Origin: an uncultured Rhizobium sp.
GTDB lineage: Bacteria; Bacteroidota; Bacteroidia; NS11-12g; UBA955
Assembly (NCBI GenBank): GCA_964527775.1
Contig: CAZGQS010000001.1
Location: 126,039 to 190,038 of the forward strand
Length of the DNA stretch: 64,000 bases
Direction: 5' to 3'
Shown here: positions 19,987 through 29,041 of the stretch, one piece after another
Numbering within the stretch: the stretch's first letter is position 1
Layout: every line of letters starts with the position of its first letter
The notes under the pieces: model-generated
Database searches by the model: none
The model's input: the letters and a program-made list of their open reading frames with translations, nothing else
What the model was told of the DNA's origin: nothing
Position numbers and translations under genes: made by a program

Positions 19987-20295
19987 ATGTACGCTATAGT
20001 AGAAATCGCAGGAAGACAATACAAAGTGCAGGAGAATTCCTACCTTATTGTCAATCGTCTCGAGGCTGAACAAGGTTCAACCATTGAGTTTGATAAAGTT
20101 CTTTTCATAGGTGGAGATCAAGTAAAAGTAGGTCAGCCTACTGTTTCTGGTGCTAAGGTTTCTTGCACCGTAACCAACCATGGAAAAGGTGATAAGGTAA
20201 TCGTTTTCAAAAAGAAAAGAAGAAAAGGTTACAAAGTAAAAAACGGTTTCAGACACTACTTGACCCGTTTGAGAATTGAAAAAATTACTGCTTAA
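19987..20295 (+). CDS. rplU: 50S ribosomal protein L21
   Basis: MYAIVEIAGRQYKV... is the canonical L21 N-terminus. The ATG at 19987 is preferred over the upstream TTG start given in the ORF track (19942). Confidence 0.95.
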   Translation: MYAIVEIAGRQYKVQENSYLIVNRLEAEQGSTIEFDKVLFIGGDQVKVGQPTVSGAKVSCTVTNHGKGDKVIVFKKKRRKGYKVKNGFRHYLTRLRIEKITA

Positions 20296-20315
20296 TCAAT
20301 TAATACGAAAAGAAA

Positions 20316-20576
20316 ATGGCACATAAAAAAGGAGCTGGTAGTACCAAAAACGGTCGTGAGTCTCACAGTAAAAGATTAGGTGTTAAAATTTACGGTGGTC
20401 AAATCGTAAAAGCAGGTAACATCATCGTACGTCAACGTGGCACTAAGCACCACGCAGATGTTAACGTTGGAATTGGTAAAGACCATACTTTGTTTGCTTT
20501 GTCAGACGGTATCGTTCAATTCAGCAAAGGTAAAAACGGCAGAAGTTTCGTTTCTGTGGTAGAAGCCCAAGCTTAA
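20316..20576 (+). CDS. rpmA: 50S ribosomal protein L27
   Basis: [24 protein letters not shown]...[11 protein letters not shown] is canonical L27. Confidence 0.97.
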   Translation: MAHKKGAGSTKNGRESHSKRLGVKIYGGQIVKAGNIIVRQRGTKHHADVNVGIGKDHTLFALSDGIVQFSKGKNGRSFVSVVEAQA

Positions 20577-20597
20577 TTCATTGAAATAACTCTGGAA

Positions 20598-20629
20598 AGC
20601 CGTGCTTCTTTATGTTGCACGGCTTTTTT
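20598..20629 (+). terminator. Rho-independent terminator after rpmA
   Basis: Stem AGCCGTGC (20598-20605) / GCACGGCT (20617-20624) followed by a T-run to 20629. Confidence 0.75.
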
Positions 20630-20679
20630 GTATTAAGACTTTTTGTATAATCGTATTATAATCTAAGAATCCATCCTAA

Positions 20680-21198
20680 ATGAGCAATCTCACCGTTAAA
20701 ATTCCCCAAGACTCTTTCACACAAATGAATGAAATTGTCTTACCAAACGATACCAACACCCTTCACAATTTAATGGGAGGTAAAATGCTCCACTGGATGG
20801 ATATTTGTGCTGCAATAGCAGCTCAAAAACACAGCAATAAAATAGTAGTTACCGCAGCTGTTGATTCTGTGTCTTTCAAAGAAGCAATCAAACTTGGTGA
20901 TGTGGTAACCTTAAATGCATATGTTACGCGTTCATTCAATTCTTCTATGGAAGTGTTTATTGAGGTATGGACTCAAAACATCCCCACAGGAGAGAAAATC
21001 AAGTCTAATGAGGCTTATTACACCTTTGTTGCTCTAGATAGCAGACATAGGCCTACTCCTGTAGCAGCTATTGAGCCACAGTCAGACATCGAAAAAGAGA
21101 AATATGCTGGCGCACTTCGTCGTCGACAAGTACGATTGATACTAGCGGGTAAAATGAAGCCCGAAGATGCTCAGGAACTTAAAAACCTGTTCCTTTAA
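20680..21198 (+). CDS. Acyl-CoA thioesterase (hotdog fold)
   Basis: The pattern VLPNDTN..GN..GG.ML.WMD..AAIAA..H.....VTA.VD.V.F is typical of acyl-CoA hydrolases. Confidence 0.8.
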   Translation: MSNLTVKIPQDSFTQMNEIVLPNDTNTLHNLMGGKMLHWMDICAAIAAQKHSNKIVVTAAVDSVSFKEAIKLGDVVTLNAYVTRSFNSSMEVFIEVWTQNIPTGEKIKSNEAYYTFVALDSRHRPTPVAAIEPQSDIEKEKYAGALRRRQVRLILAGKMKPEDAQELKNLFL

Positions 21199-21201
21199 GA
21201 A

Positions 21202-22149
21202 TTATTTAATCAATCCAATTTCAGTTAGTCGCTGAATCAAGAATTCATTCGCCGTGCAGTCGTCGTATTTCTTTGGGTTTTCTGAAGTGATACAAGACTC
21301 AAGGCAATCTAATCTTACTTCTGGTCTTGGATGTAAAAAGAATGGAATACTAAACCGAGGCTCGTGCCATTTTTCTTGAGGTGGATTCACTACTCTGTGC
21401 GTCGTGCTTCGAAGTTTATCATTGGTTAATCGTTGCAACATATCACCTACGTTGACCACAATATGGTTTTCAACTTCGGTTACAGGGATATATTGTCCTT
21501 GTTTATTTAAAACTTCCAGTCCCTCGGCAGAAGCGCCCACCAATAAGGTGATAAGATTAATGTCTTCATGTTCCCCGGCTCTTATAGCGTTTTTGGGGTC
21601 AGAAGTAATTGGAGGGTAGTGTATGGCTCTCAATATAGAATTGCCATTGAAGATTCTCTGGTCAAAATAAAACTCATCCAAGCCCAAATAAAGTGCAATG
21701 GCTTGTAACACGGTTTTTCCAGTGGATTCTAATGACTGATAAATATCTTTTCCTGACTCATTGAATGCCGCTAACTCTTCAACCCATTTATTTTCAGGAA
21801 AGTGGGGAGGATTTGAGTCTGAGGGATCGATATATTGGCCAAAGTGCCAAAACTCTTTTAGGTCACCCGTATTGCGGTCTTTTGCATGCTCCTTGCCAAA
21901 ACCAGTATAGCCTCGTTGTCCGCCGCCTGCAGTATCATCGTATTTTAGTTTGATGTCTAAAGGAAGATGGAAGAAATCTTCTACCGATTTATATAAGTTT
22001 TTAAGGGTTGATTCGGGTATACCATGATTTCGGATGGCTACAAAGCCAATCTCTTCATAGGCTTTACCTAAGCTTGAAACGAACTGTTTTTTTTCTTCTT
22101 CGTTTCCAGCAACAAATGAAGATAAATCGAGTTTTGGAATTTCGTACAT
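21202..22149 (-). CDS. 2-oxoglutarate/Fe(II)-dependent oxygenase (isopenicillin N synthase-like family)
   Basis: HxD...H facial triad candidates (GEHEDINLITLL ... STTHRVV) and an N-terminal non-haem dioxygenase region. Confidence 0.75.
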   Translation of the reverse strand: MYEIPKLDLSSFVAGNEEEKKQFVSSLGKAYEEIGFVAIRNHGIPESTLKNLYKSVEDFFHLPLDIKLKYDDTAGGGQRGYTGFGKEHAKDRNTGDLKEFWHFGQYIDPSDSNPPHFPENKWVEELAAFNESGKDIYQSLESTGKTVLQAIALYLGLDEFYFDQRIFNGNSILRAIHYPPITSDPKNAIRAGEHEDINLITLLVGASAEGLEVLNKQGQYIPVTEVENHIVVNVGDMLQRLTNDKLRSTTHRVVNPPQEKWHEPRFSIPFFLHPRPEVRLDCLESCITSENPKKYDDCTANEFLIQRLTEIGLIK

Positions 22150-22209
22150 GTTGCGAAGTTAACATTAACATGACGAACCAACAACGGCAAAATCAGAAGA
22201 AATTGACGA

Positions 22210-22440
22210 TTATAATGAGTGATTGGCTTCCAAGGAAACCTCTTCCAAGACGATATTTAAACTAGTTGGATGTGGATTTTGAAAATTTGTCATAGAACTT
22301 CTAAGTATTTGAAGATCTTGAATAAATTCCTGCCAGTCTAGTCTGTTGCTGATGTTAACTTGAATATATTCAGTTACTTCAGGGCTGCTTTCATTGTAAA
22401 AATAAGAGATGAGATCAGTTTCGGTAATGTTTATATTCAT
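22210..22440 (-). CDS. Small hypothetical protein downstream of the ECF sigma gene (possible cognate regulator)
   Basis: 76-aa ORF, 45 nt downstream of the sigma gene on the same strand. No TM helix and no zinc-finger anti-sigma motif are visible. Confidence 0.3.
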   Translation of the reverse strand: MNINITETDLISYFYNESSPEVTEYIQVNISNRLDWQEFIQDLQILRSSMTNFQNPHPTSLNIVLEEVSLEANHSL

Positions 22441-22485
22441 AGATTTCCGTCTTTAATACAACACAAGAACGGAAGAAGTATGAAA

Positions 22486-23070
22486 TTATTTTACTCTGAC
22501 GCTATTTTTTTCCATCATTTTTCTTAAGTTCATGATGGCATAGTGCATTCTTCCAATGCAAGTATTGATATTAGTGTCAGTGATTGCAGCAATTTCTTTG
22601 AAACTTAGGTCTGCATAATTTCTGAGTATCAAGACTTCTTTTTGTTCTATAGGAAGCTGATGAATTAGTTTAGTGATCATGGATTTTTCATCGTTCTCAA
22701 TCTGTATATCCTCTTGAGATTTATCAAAAACCATCAGGGTTTCAAAAATATCATAACCTTCAGAGTTTACCACTGATGGCAATCTCTTGCGTTGTCTAAT
22801 GGAATCAATAGCGAGATTTCGAGCAATGCGAAGTGCCCAAGGTAGGAATTTATCTTCGTGATTGTATTTTCCAGCCCTAATCTGATGAATGACCTTTATG
22901 AAAGTTTCCTGGAAGATGTCTTCAGCAATATAACGATCATTTACAACGTTCAAAATAGAACTGAAGATGCGCTGTTTATGACGCTTCATAAGTGTTTCAA
23001 ATGCAATTTGACTTCCTTCAACGTAACGTTGAATTAATACGCCATCAGCTAAAATAGACTTAGTCATCAT
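22486..23070 (-). CDS. RNA polymerase ECF-type sigma-70 family factor
   Basis: Region 2 (DIFQETFIKV...FLPWALRIARNLAIDSIR) and a region 4 HTH (LSFKEIAAITDTNINTCIGRMHYA). Confidence 0.85.
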   Translation of the reverse strand: MMTKSILADGVLIQRYVEGSQIAFETLMKRHKQRIFSSILNVVNDRYIAEDIFQETFIKVIHQIRAGKYNHEDKFLPWALRIARNLAIDSIRQRKRLPSVVNSEGYDIFETLMVFDKSQEDIQIENDEKSMITKLIHQLPIEQKEVLILRNYADLSFKEIAAITDTNINTCIGRMHYAIMNLRKMMEKNSVRVK

Positions 23071-23203
23071 AGATACCTCCCTGTTAAGTTTAAATACAAA
23101 AAAATAGGTTTAGGTAAAGATGTGTCTTATAGGCGTTTTGTGTTTATTTAAAACGCAAGGTATAAAAACGAAAATGAAAAAACAAATAAAAAGTAAAAAA
23201 AAA

Positions 23204-24142
23204 TTACAACCTCAAACCATTAATAAAATCTGATGATTTCATTTTGGGCTTCCCAGGTGCTTGTAATTCAAGTACTTCAATGTAATTATCAGCTGTTTTT
23301 ACTAATAACTGTTTGGATACAATAACAAAAGAGTCTCCCAAGAATTTTGGATTAACAAAAGTAACTTCTTGATTTTCTAGTTCAGTCAGTTGCCTGCAAA
23401 CCAATAGTTTTAAGTCCCCCCAAGGACTCTTTATCCATGCCCCAGGATAATAACTCAATCCGCGAACTTTATTGAAAAAATCAAAAGAATTTAAGGTTGT
23501 TTGTAATTCGCAAAAATCTCTAAAAAGCTTTGGCGCTAGCTTTGGGTTTTCACTAATGATTTGCGCGGTTGCTGGGGTTTTGTCTCGGTACTGTTCAATG
23601 GTTTTAACTGTAGATACGATGGTTTTAGCACCCAATATCATCAATTTATCGTGCAGTGAGGTAGCATTTTCTGTCTGTGTAATTTCTATACTATCGCGTT
23701 GGATAATATCTCCCGTATCAATTTCGTGTTTCAAAAAAAACGTAGAAACCCCGGTCAGTGTTTCTCCGTTTATAATTGCATGATTAATTGGTGCCGCACC
23801 CCGGTAGTCAGGTAGTAAGGACGCATGTAAGTTAACTGTTCCTAATTTGGGGGCACTCCAAATAACTTCTGGAAGCATTCTAAAGGCAATAACTACGCCT
23901 AAATCTACATCTAATGTTTGAAACTGTTCAATGAACTCTGTAGATTTCAACTTCTCGGGTTGCAAGATTAATAGGCCCAAATCAAGAGCTGTTTTTTTTA
24001 CATCAGACATTTGCAATTTTTGTCCTCTGCCTGCTGGCTTATCGGGAGCGGTAATCACAGCCGAAATGTCAAAACCAGCTTCAACGAGTGATTTTAAAGC
24101 TTCAGATGCAAATGCAGGAGTTCCAAAAAAGGCAATTTTCAT
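23204..24142 (-). CDS. fmt: Methionyl-tRNA formyltransferase
   Basis: MKIAFFGTPAFA... and NLHASLLPDYRGAAPINHAIINGE motifs. Confidence 0.92.
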   Translation of the reverse strand: MKIAFFGTPAFASEALKSLVEAGFDISAVITAPDKPAGRGQKLQMSDVKKTALDLGLLILQPEKLKSTEFIEQFQTLDVDLGVVIAFRMLPEVIWSAPKLGTVNLHASLLPDYRGAAPINHAIINGETLTGVSTFFLKHEIDTGDIIQRDSIEITQTENATSLHDKLMILGAKTIVSTVKTIEQYRDKTPATAQIISENPKLAPKLFRDFCELQTTLNSFDFFNKVRGLSYYPGAWIKSPWGDLKLLVCRQLTELENQEVTFVNPKFLGDSFVIVSKQLLVKTADNYIEVLELQAPGKPKMKSSDFINGLRL

Positions 24143-24244
24143 GGTGCAAAGGTAGGTTTTTGCATTTTTCGCAAAAACTTCTGACCCAAATTTAACGTCT
24201 AAGTAGGTGATCTTAGATGAAGAAGTACGAAATTTGATTTTTTA

Positions 24245-27200
24245 ATGAGCCTAAAAGGTTGGTATATATGGGTGTTTACTTGTTTGATTTCGGTCAATGC
24301 GTTTGCCGTTGATGGCAATAAACCCCAATTTATTCCAAATCAGAATCAATATTCTGATCAAGTCATCGCAAAATTGCCTTTGAATTTCGGACAATTATGG
24401 TTTACCAAGTCAGGTGTGTGGATTCAAATGTTCCAAGACGAAGAATTGGATAGACTACACGATAAAACAATTGATCAATCAACGCTTAATTCTGATGTTG
24501 TTCATTTAGAGTTTTTAGGTGCCAATCTTTCTAACTATCAGTTTGAAGGAGACTCTTCCCTTGAAATTTATAATTTCATCAAAGGAAATAATCCCCAAAA
24601 ATGGGCCTCAAATGTCAAAAAGAGAGAAGTAATTCTATTCAAGAATGTTTATGATGGGGTAGATCTTGAGTTTAAATGCACCAATTCCGGAATCAAATAC
24701 AATTGGTTGGTACATAATTCTAAGAACGTTGAATGGTTGAAAAACATTAGGTATAGATTTAATGGTGCGCAAGTTCAATTGATTCACAATAAGAAAGTAA
24801 AGGTCAATTCCAATAACCATGAATTTTTTGAAAGTATACCTTTAGTTTATTTTGTAAATCATGAAGGTCAAAAAACCGTAGAACAACTTCACTACAATAT
24901 TGATAACAACATTATTTCATATCAATGGGGAGGGTCTGACGCTCAACTTGAAAACATTAACAATGAATTGAATTCAATTTCAAATTCAGACTTGGTCATT
25001 GATCCCATTCTTGTTTTTAGTACCTATTCAGGTTCATTTGCTGATAATTTTGGTTGTACAGGTACCTATGATGATTTGGGTAATGGTTATTCAGGTGGAA
25101 CCGTTTTTGACCTTGGATTACCAACCACCGCTGGAGCAATTCAGTTAAATTTTGGTGGAGGCGAAGATGAGAATTTAGGTTATGGGGGAAGTAGAGATGG
25201 AGCAATTTTAAAGTTCAATCAAAGCGGAAGTCAACTTCTCTATTGCACTTATCTTGGAGGCTCGGGAAATGAGCAACCTCATAGTATGGTGGTAGATTCA
25301 TTGAACAACTTGTTTATCATGGGTTCTACTACAAGTTTGGATTTTCCCATGATTACAAGTCCCAAGCCTTACAATCATCTACCCAATATTGGATATGAGT
25401 TTTTTGTGGTAAAATTGAATTCAACGGGTACTCAATTAAGGGGTTCTACTTTTGTAGGTGGTACAAGAATGGATGCTGTTGGTGCTGACCGTTCTACTCA
25501 AGATGTTAATGATTTTCCACTGCTGTATAATTATGCAGATGAATTTAGGGGAGAAATAATTACAGACAATAAAAATGTATACATTGGTGGGTTTACTTAC
25601 TCCAATGACTTTCCAAACACCGTAGAATCTTTACCAATTGTGGGTCCCAAAATGAGCGGTGTAGTGTTTTCTTTAGATGGAAATTTATCAAATTTACGGT
25701 GGTCAAGGCTCATATATTCTACTGACAACTCGTATACTGCTATCTATGGAATTGCATTGGGGGATTCTGGTGATATTTACGCTACCGGTGGTACCAATGG
25801 AAAGCAATTTCCGAGTAAATATGGATTAAAATGGATCAATAATTTCATAGGTGATGTAGATGGTATTATTCTAAGATTAACCACCAATAACGGTAGTTTA
25901 CTTTCGGGCAGATACTATGGCACTAACTCTTATGATCAATCATATTTTGTTCAAACAGATAATTCAGGTAGACCCTATATTTTCGGACATACTGAAGCCC
26001 CTTTGCCTGTAATTAATGCTCGTTACAACGATCCCAATAAAGGTCAGTTTATTACCCGTTTCAATAGATATCTCAATCAAATTGAATTACAAACTACGTT
26101 TGGTTCTAATACCAATTTACCGAATATCAGTCCGTCAGCTTTTTTAGTTGATCGTTGTGAGAGGATTTTTATTTCCGGTTGGGGAGGTGCGACCAATAGT
26201 TCCCTTTACGATGTTTTTACAGGAAATCCGAAGACTCACCGAAATAAAGGTACTACTAGAAATCTGCCTATAACCGGTGACGCCTATCAAAGGACTACCG
26301 ATGGGAGCGATTTTTATGTTGCTGTTTTTTCTAAGAATATGTATAATTTGGCATATGCTACTTTTTTTGGTGGTATGACCTCTGGCTCGAAAGAAGCGGA
26401 AGAGCACGTTGACGGAGGAACCAGCAGATTCGACAAAAAAGGCATCATTTATCAGTCGGTTTGTGCGGGCTGCCGACGTAATGGTATTTATCCTACAACA
26501 CCGAATGCATATTCTAGAATCAATAATAGTTCTAATTGTAACAATGCGTTATTTAAAATTGATTTTGAGAATTTAAATAAGGTTCCTAAAATGAATGACA
26601 CATTGGTGGAGGTGATCGCCACTCAACCCATTAATTTTACCATGTGGGCCTCCGATCCTGATGTGTTTGACACTCTGAGAATAAAAGCTAAATGGTTAAA
26701 TAAAGCAGGTATGTCAGGGTCTGACACAGCAATCATCAATACTTTTGAGGGTATTAATAAGGCGCGATTTGATTTGATTTGGAATACTCAGTGTAGCAGC
26801 TATTCTAAAGACACTGCCATTTTGCAACTCATGATTTTTGATTGTGGTTGCCCAGAAGCAGATACCATATTTAGATTGGTTAAAATAGTGGTTAAACAAC
26901 CACCTGTGGTAAATCCGCCAGATGCTATTTGTGTTAGTTATGATCGTGTAAATAAAGAAATGAAAGTGGCGTGGCCTGCAACTTCGGTGCCTAGTGGATT
27001 TTTTAAATATTTCTTACTCGAAAAAACAGATCCACAAGGCAATGTCTCAATAATAGATACTATTAGAAGCGCGACTGCAGGATCATTTTTGGATGGAAAT
27101 GTAGTGACACCCAATTTGCAAAATTATTGTTACAAGATTGTGGGTGTGAATATTTGCAACGTTAAAACCAATCCGTTGAATAGTTGGTGTACCGTTAGAG

Positions 27201-28060
27201 AACTAAATACGCCCATTAACAATGTGCATATGATTTCAGCTTCGGTTTTTGAGGATTATAGGGTAGACCTGCGGTGGGAATCCAGCAAAGAACCTGATTT
27301 CAAAGAATTTGAGGTATACAAATATCCTCGTGGTGCTAAGCCACAATATGTAAGCCCGAACTTCATCACAACAGATACCTTTTTGAGAGATTCTGTGGTA
27401 AAAGTAGATGATTATTCATATTGTTACGAGATCATTGTAGTTGATAAATGTGGGCATATTTCAAAGCCATCAAATGAGGGTTGCACAGTAGTAATTAAAG
27501 GCGATGCAACCGAAGCACCTGATTATCATTTTGATTTAAATTGGTTGGATTACAAAGGTTGGGAGCTTGGATCTAGTCAGTGGATTCTTGAACGAAAATA
27601 TGGGGGAAAACCTCTTTTTGAGCCAATTTATTCTGGCACTCCATCCATTTTTAACTATAGAGATGCTGATTTAGATTATGATTGGGGAGGATACTGGTAT
27701 AGGGTGAAAGGAATTGAACAAGTGGGATTAGGAAAAGTCAACTACAATGCCACAACCGAAAGCAATTGGATTTATTTGATTCAGCCTCCAGAGGTTTGGG
27801 TGCCTGATGCATTTACTGTGAATCAAGATGAGTTAAATGATGTTTGGGGAACGGTACCGGTGTTTGCCCGTGAATATTCTATGAAAGTATACAATAGATG
27901 GGGACAAAAAATCTGGGAGTCATCCAACAAAAAAACACAGTGGGATGGAACTGTAAACGGTAAGCCAGCTCCTGACGGGGTTTATGCTTGGTTATTGACT
28001 TTCGATGGTTGGAATGACAAGAAGTATCAGAAAACAGGGACGGTTCTGATTTTACATTAA
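24245..28060 (+). CDS. Large secreted protein with beta-propeller-like repeats and a T9SS type B C-terminal sorting domain
   Basis: Signal peptide (WVFTCLISVNAFA) and repeated G-G-rich propeller-like segments (YLGGSGNEQ..., FVGGTRMDA..., FFGGMTSGS...). C-terminus VWVPDAFTVNQDELNDVW...VYNRWGQKIWES...WDGT..GK.APDGVYAWLL. Confidence 0.8.
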   Translation: MSLKGWYIWVFTCLISVNAFAVDGNKPQFIPNQNQYSDQVIAKLPLNFGQLWFTKSGVWIQMFQDEELDRLHDKTIDQSTLNSDVVHLEFLGANLSNYQFEGDSSLEIYNFIKGNNPQKWASNVKKREVILFKNVYDGVDLEFKCTNSGIKYNWLVHNSKNVEWLKNIRYRFNGAQVQLIHNKKVKVNSNNHEFFESIPLVYFVNHEGQKTVEQLHYNIDNNIISYQWGGSDAQLENINNELNSISNSDLVIDPILVFSTYSGSFADNFGCTGTYDDLGNGYSGGTVFDLGLPTTAGAIQLNFGGGEDENLGYGGSRDGAILKFNQSGSQLLYCTYLGGSGNEQPHSMVVDSLNNLFIMGSTTSLDFPMITSPKPYNHLPNIGYEFFVVKLNSTGTQLRGSTFVGGTRMDAVGADRSTQDVNDFPLLYNYADEFRGEIITDNKNVYIGGFTYSNDFPNTVESLPIVGPKMSGVVFSLDGNLSNLRWSRLIYSTDNSYTAIYGIALGDSGDIYATGGTNGKQFPSKYGLKWINNFIGDVDGIILRLTTNNGSLLSGRYYGTNSYDQSYFVQTDNSGRPYIFGHTEAPLPVINARYNDPNKGQFITRFNRYLNQIELQTTFGSNTNLPNISPSAFLVDRCERIFISGWGGATNSSLYDVFTGNPKTHRNKGTTRNLPITGDAYQRTTDGSDFYVAVFSKNMYNLAYATFFGGMTSGSKEAEEHVDGGTSRFDKKGIIYQSVCAGCRRNGIYPTTPNAYSRINNSSNCNNALFKIDFENLNKVPKMNDTLVEVIATQPINFTMWASDPDVFDTLRIKAKWLNKAGMSGSDTAIINTFEGINKARFDLIWNTQCSSYSKDTAILQLMIFDCGCPEADTIFRLVKIVVKQPPVVNPPDAICVSYDRVNKEMKVAWPATSVPSGFFKYFLLEKTDPQGNVSIIDTIRSATAGSFLDGNVVTPNLQNYCYKIVGVNICNVKTNPLNSWCTVRELNTPINNVHMISASVFEDYRVDLRWESSKEPDFKEFEVYKYPRGAKPQYVSPNFITTDTFLRDSVVKVDDYSYCYEIIVVDKCGHISKPSNEGCTVVIKGDATEAPDYHFDLNWLDYKGWELGSSQWILERKYGGKPLFEPIYSGTPSIFNYRDADLDYDWGGYWYRVKGIEQVGLGKVNYNATTESNWIYLIQPPEVWVPDAFTVNQDELNDVWGTVPVFAREYSMKVYNRWGQKIWESSNKKTQWDGTVNGKPAPDGVYAWLLTFDGWNDKKYQKTGTVLILH

Positions 28061-28070
28061 TTCTATTTTA

Positions 28071-29039
28071 TTAATGCTGTCTATCTAACAACCAATGTGC
28101 AAGGTCATCAAGTAGTTGGATGTTGTACCCTTTCCCTTTGAGTGTTTCTAAAATTACCATTGCATTTTTATGGTAGTCATTTGCTTTACCAATTAGTTCC
28201 TGATCAATCTGTTTTGATTTCCAGAATTCAATGGTTGGATTCACGCGCTCTTCAGGGGCTAAAGAAAAAAGGGATTCAGTTTTTTCTGGATAAAGATCGT
28301 GTGATTTGATTTTGAGCCAAGTATTTTTACCTTCAATGATATCGCCTCCTTCTTTCTTGCCAGTCTTTGAGCCGTCACCAAAGGCGTCTAGATAATCATC
28401 CATCAATTGAAAGGACATTCCAACGTTGATGGCGAAATTATAAAATAACGAACTATCTTCAACTGTCCCACCACCGGAAAGAAAACCGCATTCAAGGGAA
28501 CATCCCAATAGAATAGCGGTTTTTAGCTTAATCATATTCAAATAATCATCTTCGTGAACGGAGTTGGGTATTTGAGCATAATCCATGTCGAGTTGTTGTC
28601 CTTCACAAACACCAATCGCTGTTTGAGTATAGATCTTGGCGATGATTTCTCTGTTCGGACCTTTGTAATTCAATAAATACTCAAATGTTTTAACGAGCAT
28701 ATTGTCGCCAGAAAGTATGGCGGTTGGTTCATCCCATTTTTTATGAACAGTTGGTTGGCCCCGGCGAATATCGGCTTGATCCATGATATCATCATGAATG
28801 AGAGAAAAGTTATGAAACAGTTCAATGATATGCGCAACTTCTAATCCATGATGAATTTCACCGTTGGCTATTCGGTTTCCAATGATTGCCAACAAAGGCC
28901 TTACGCGCTTACCTCCCAAAGTTAATATGTAGTTCATCGAGTCATATAGATTCGATGGATTACCTGTAAATGGGTGGGAGGAAAGATGTTTTTCGTATTC
29001 TTTTTGTAAATCGGAGAGGTTCATCATCAGAAGTAACAA
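28071..29039 (-). CDS. Polyprenyl diphosphate synthase (trans-isoprenyl diphosphate synthase family)
   Basis: First and second Asp-rich motifs LIHDDIMD and FQLMDDYLD. The exact start (Met1, Met5 or Met6) is uncertain. Confidence 0.85.
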   Translation of the reverse strand: MLLLMMNLSDLQKEYEKHLSSHPFTGNPSNLYDSMNYILTLGGKRVRPLLAIIGNRIANGEIHHGLEVAHIIELFHNFSLIHDDIMDQADIRRGQPTVHKKWDEPTAILSGDNMLVKTFEYLLNYKGPNREIIAKIYTQTAIGVCEGQQLDMDYAQIPNSVHEDDYLNMIKLKTAILLGCSLECGFLSGGGTVEDSSLFYNFAINVGMSFQLMDDYLDAFGDGSKTGKKEGGDIIEGKNTWLKIKSHDLYPEKTESLFSLAPEERVNPTIEFWKSKQIDQELIGKANDYHKNAMVILETLKGKGYNIQLLDDLAHWLLDRQH

Positions 29040-29041
29040 TT

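Noticed and set aside
23133-23156. 7-bp hairpin (GCGTTTT/AAAACGC, 10-nt loop) between fmt and the sigma gene
   Set aside because: No U-run follows it on the transcribed (minus) strand, so it is not a canonical terminator. It is AT-rich and short, and could equally be chance.
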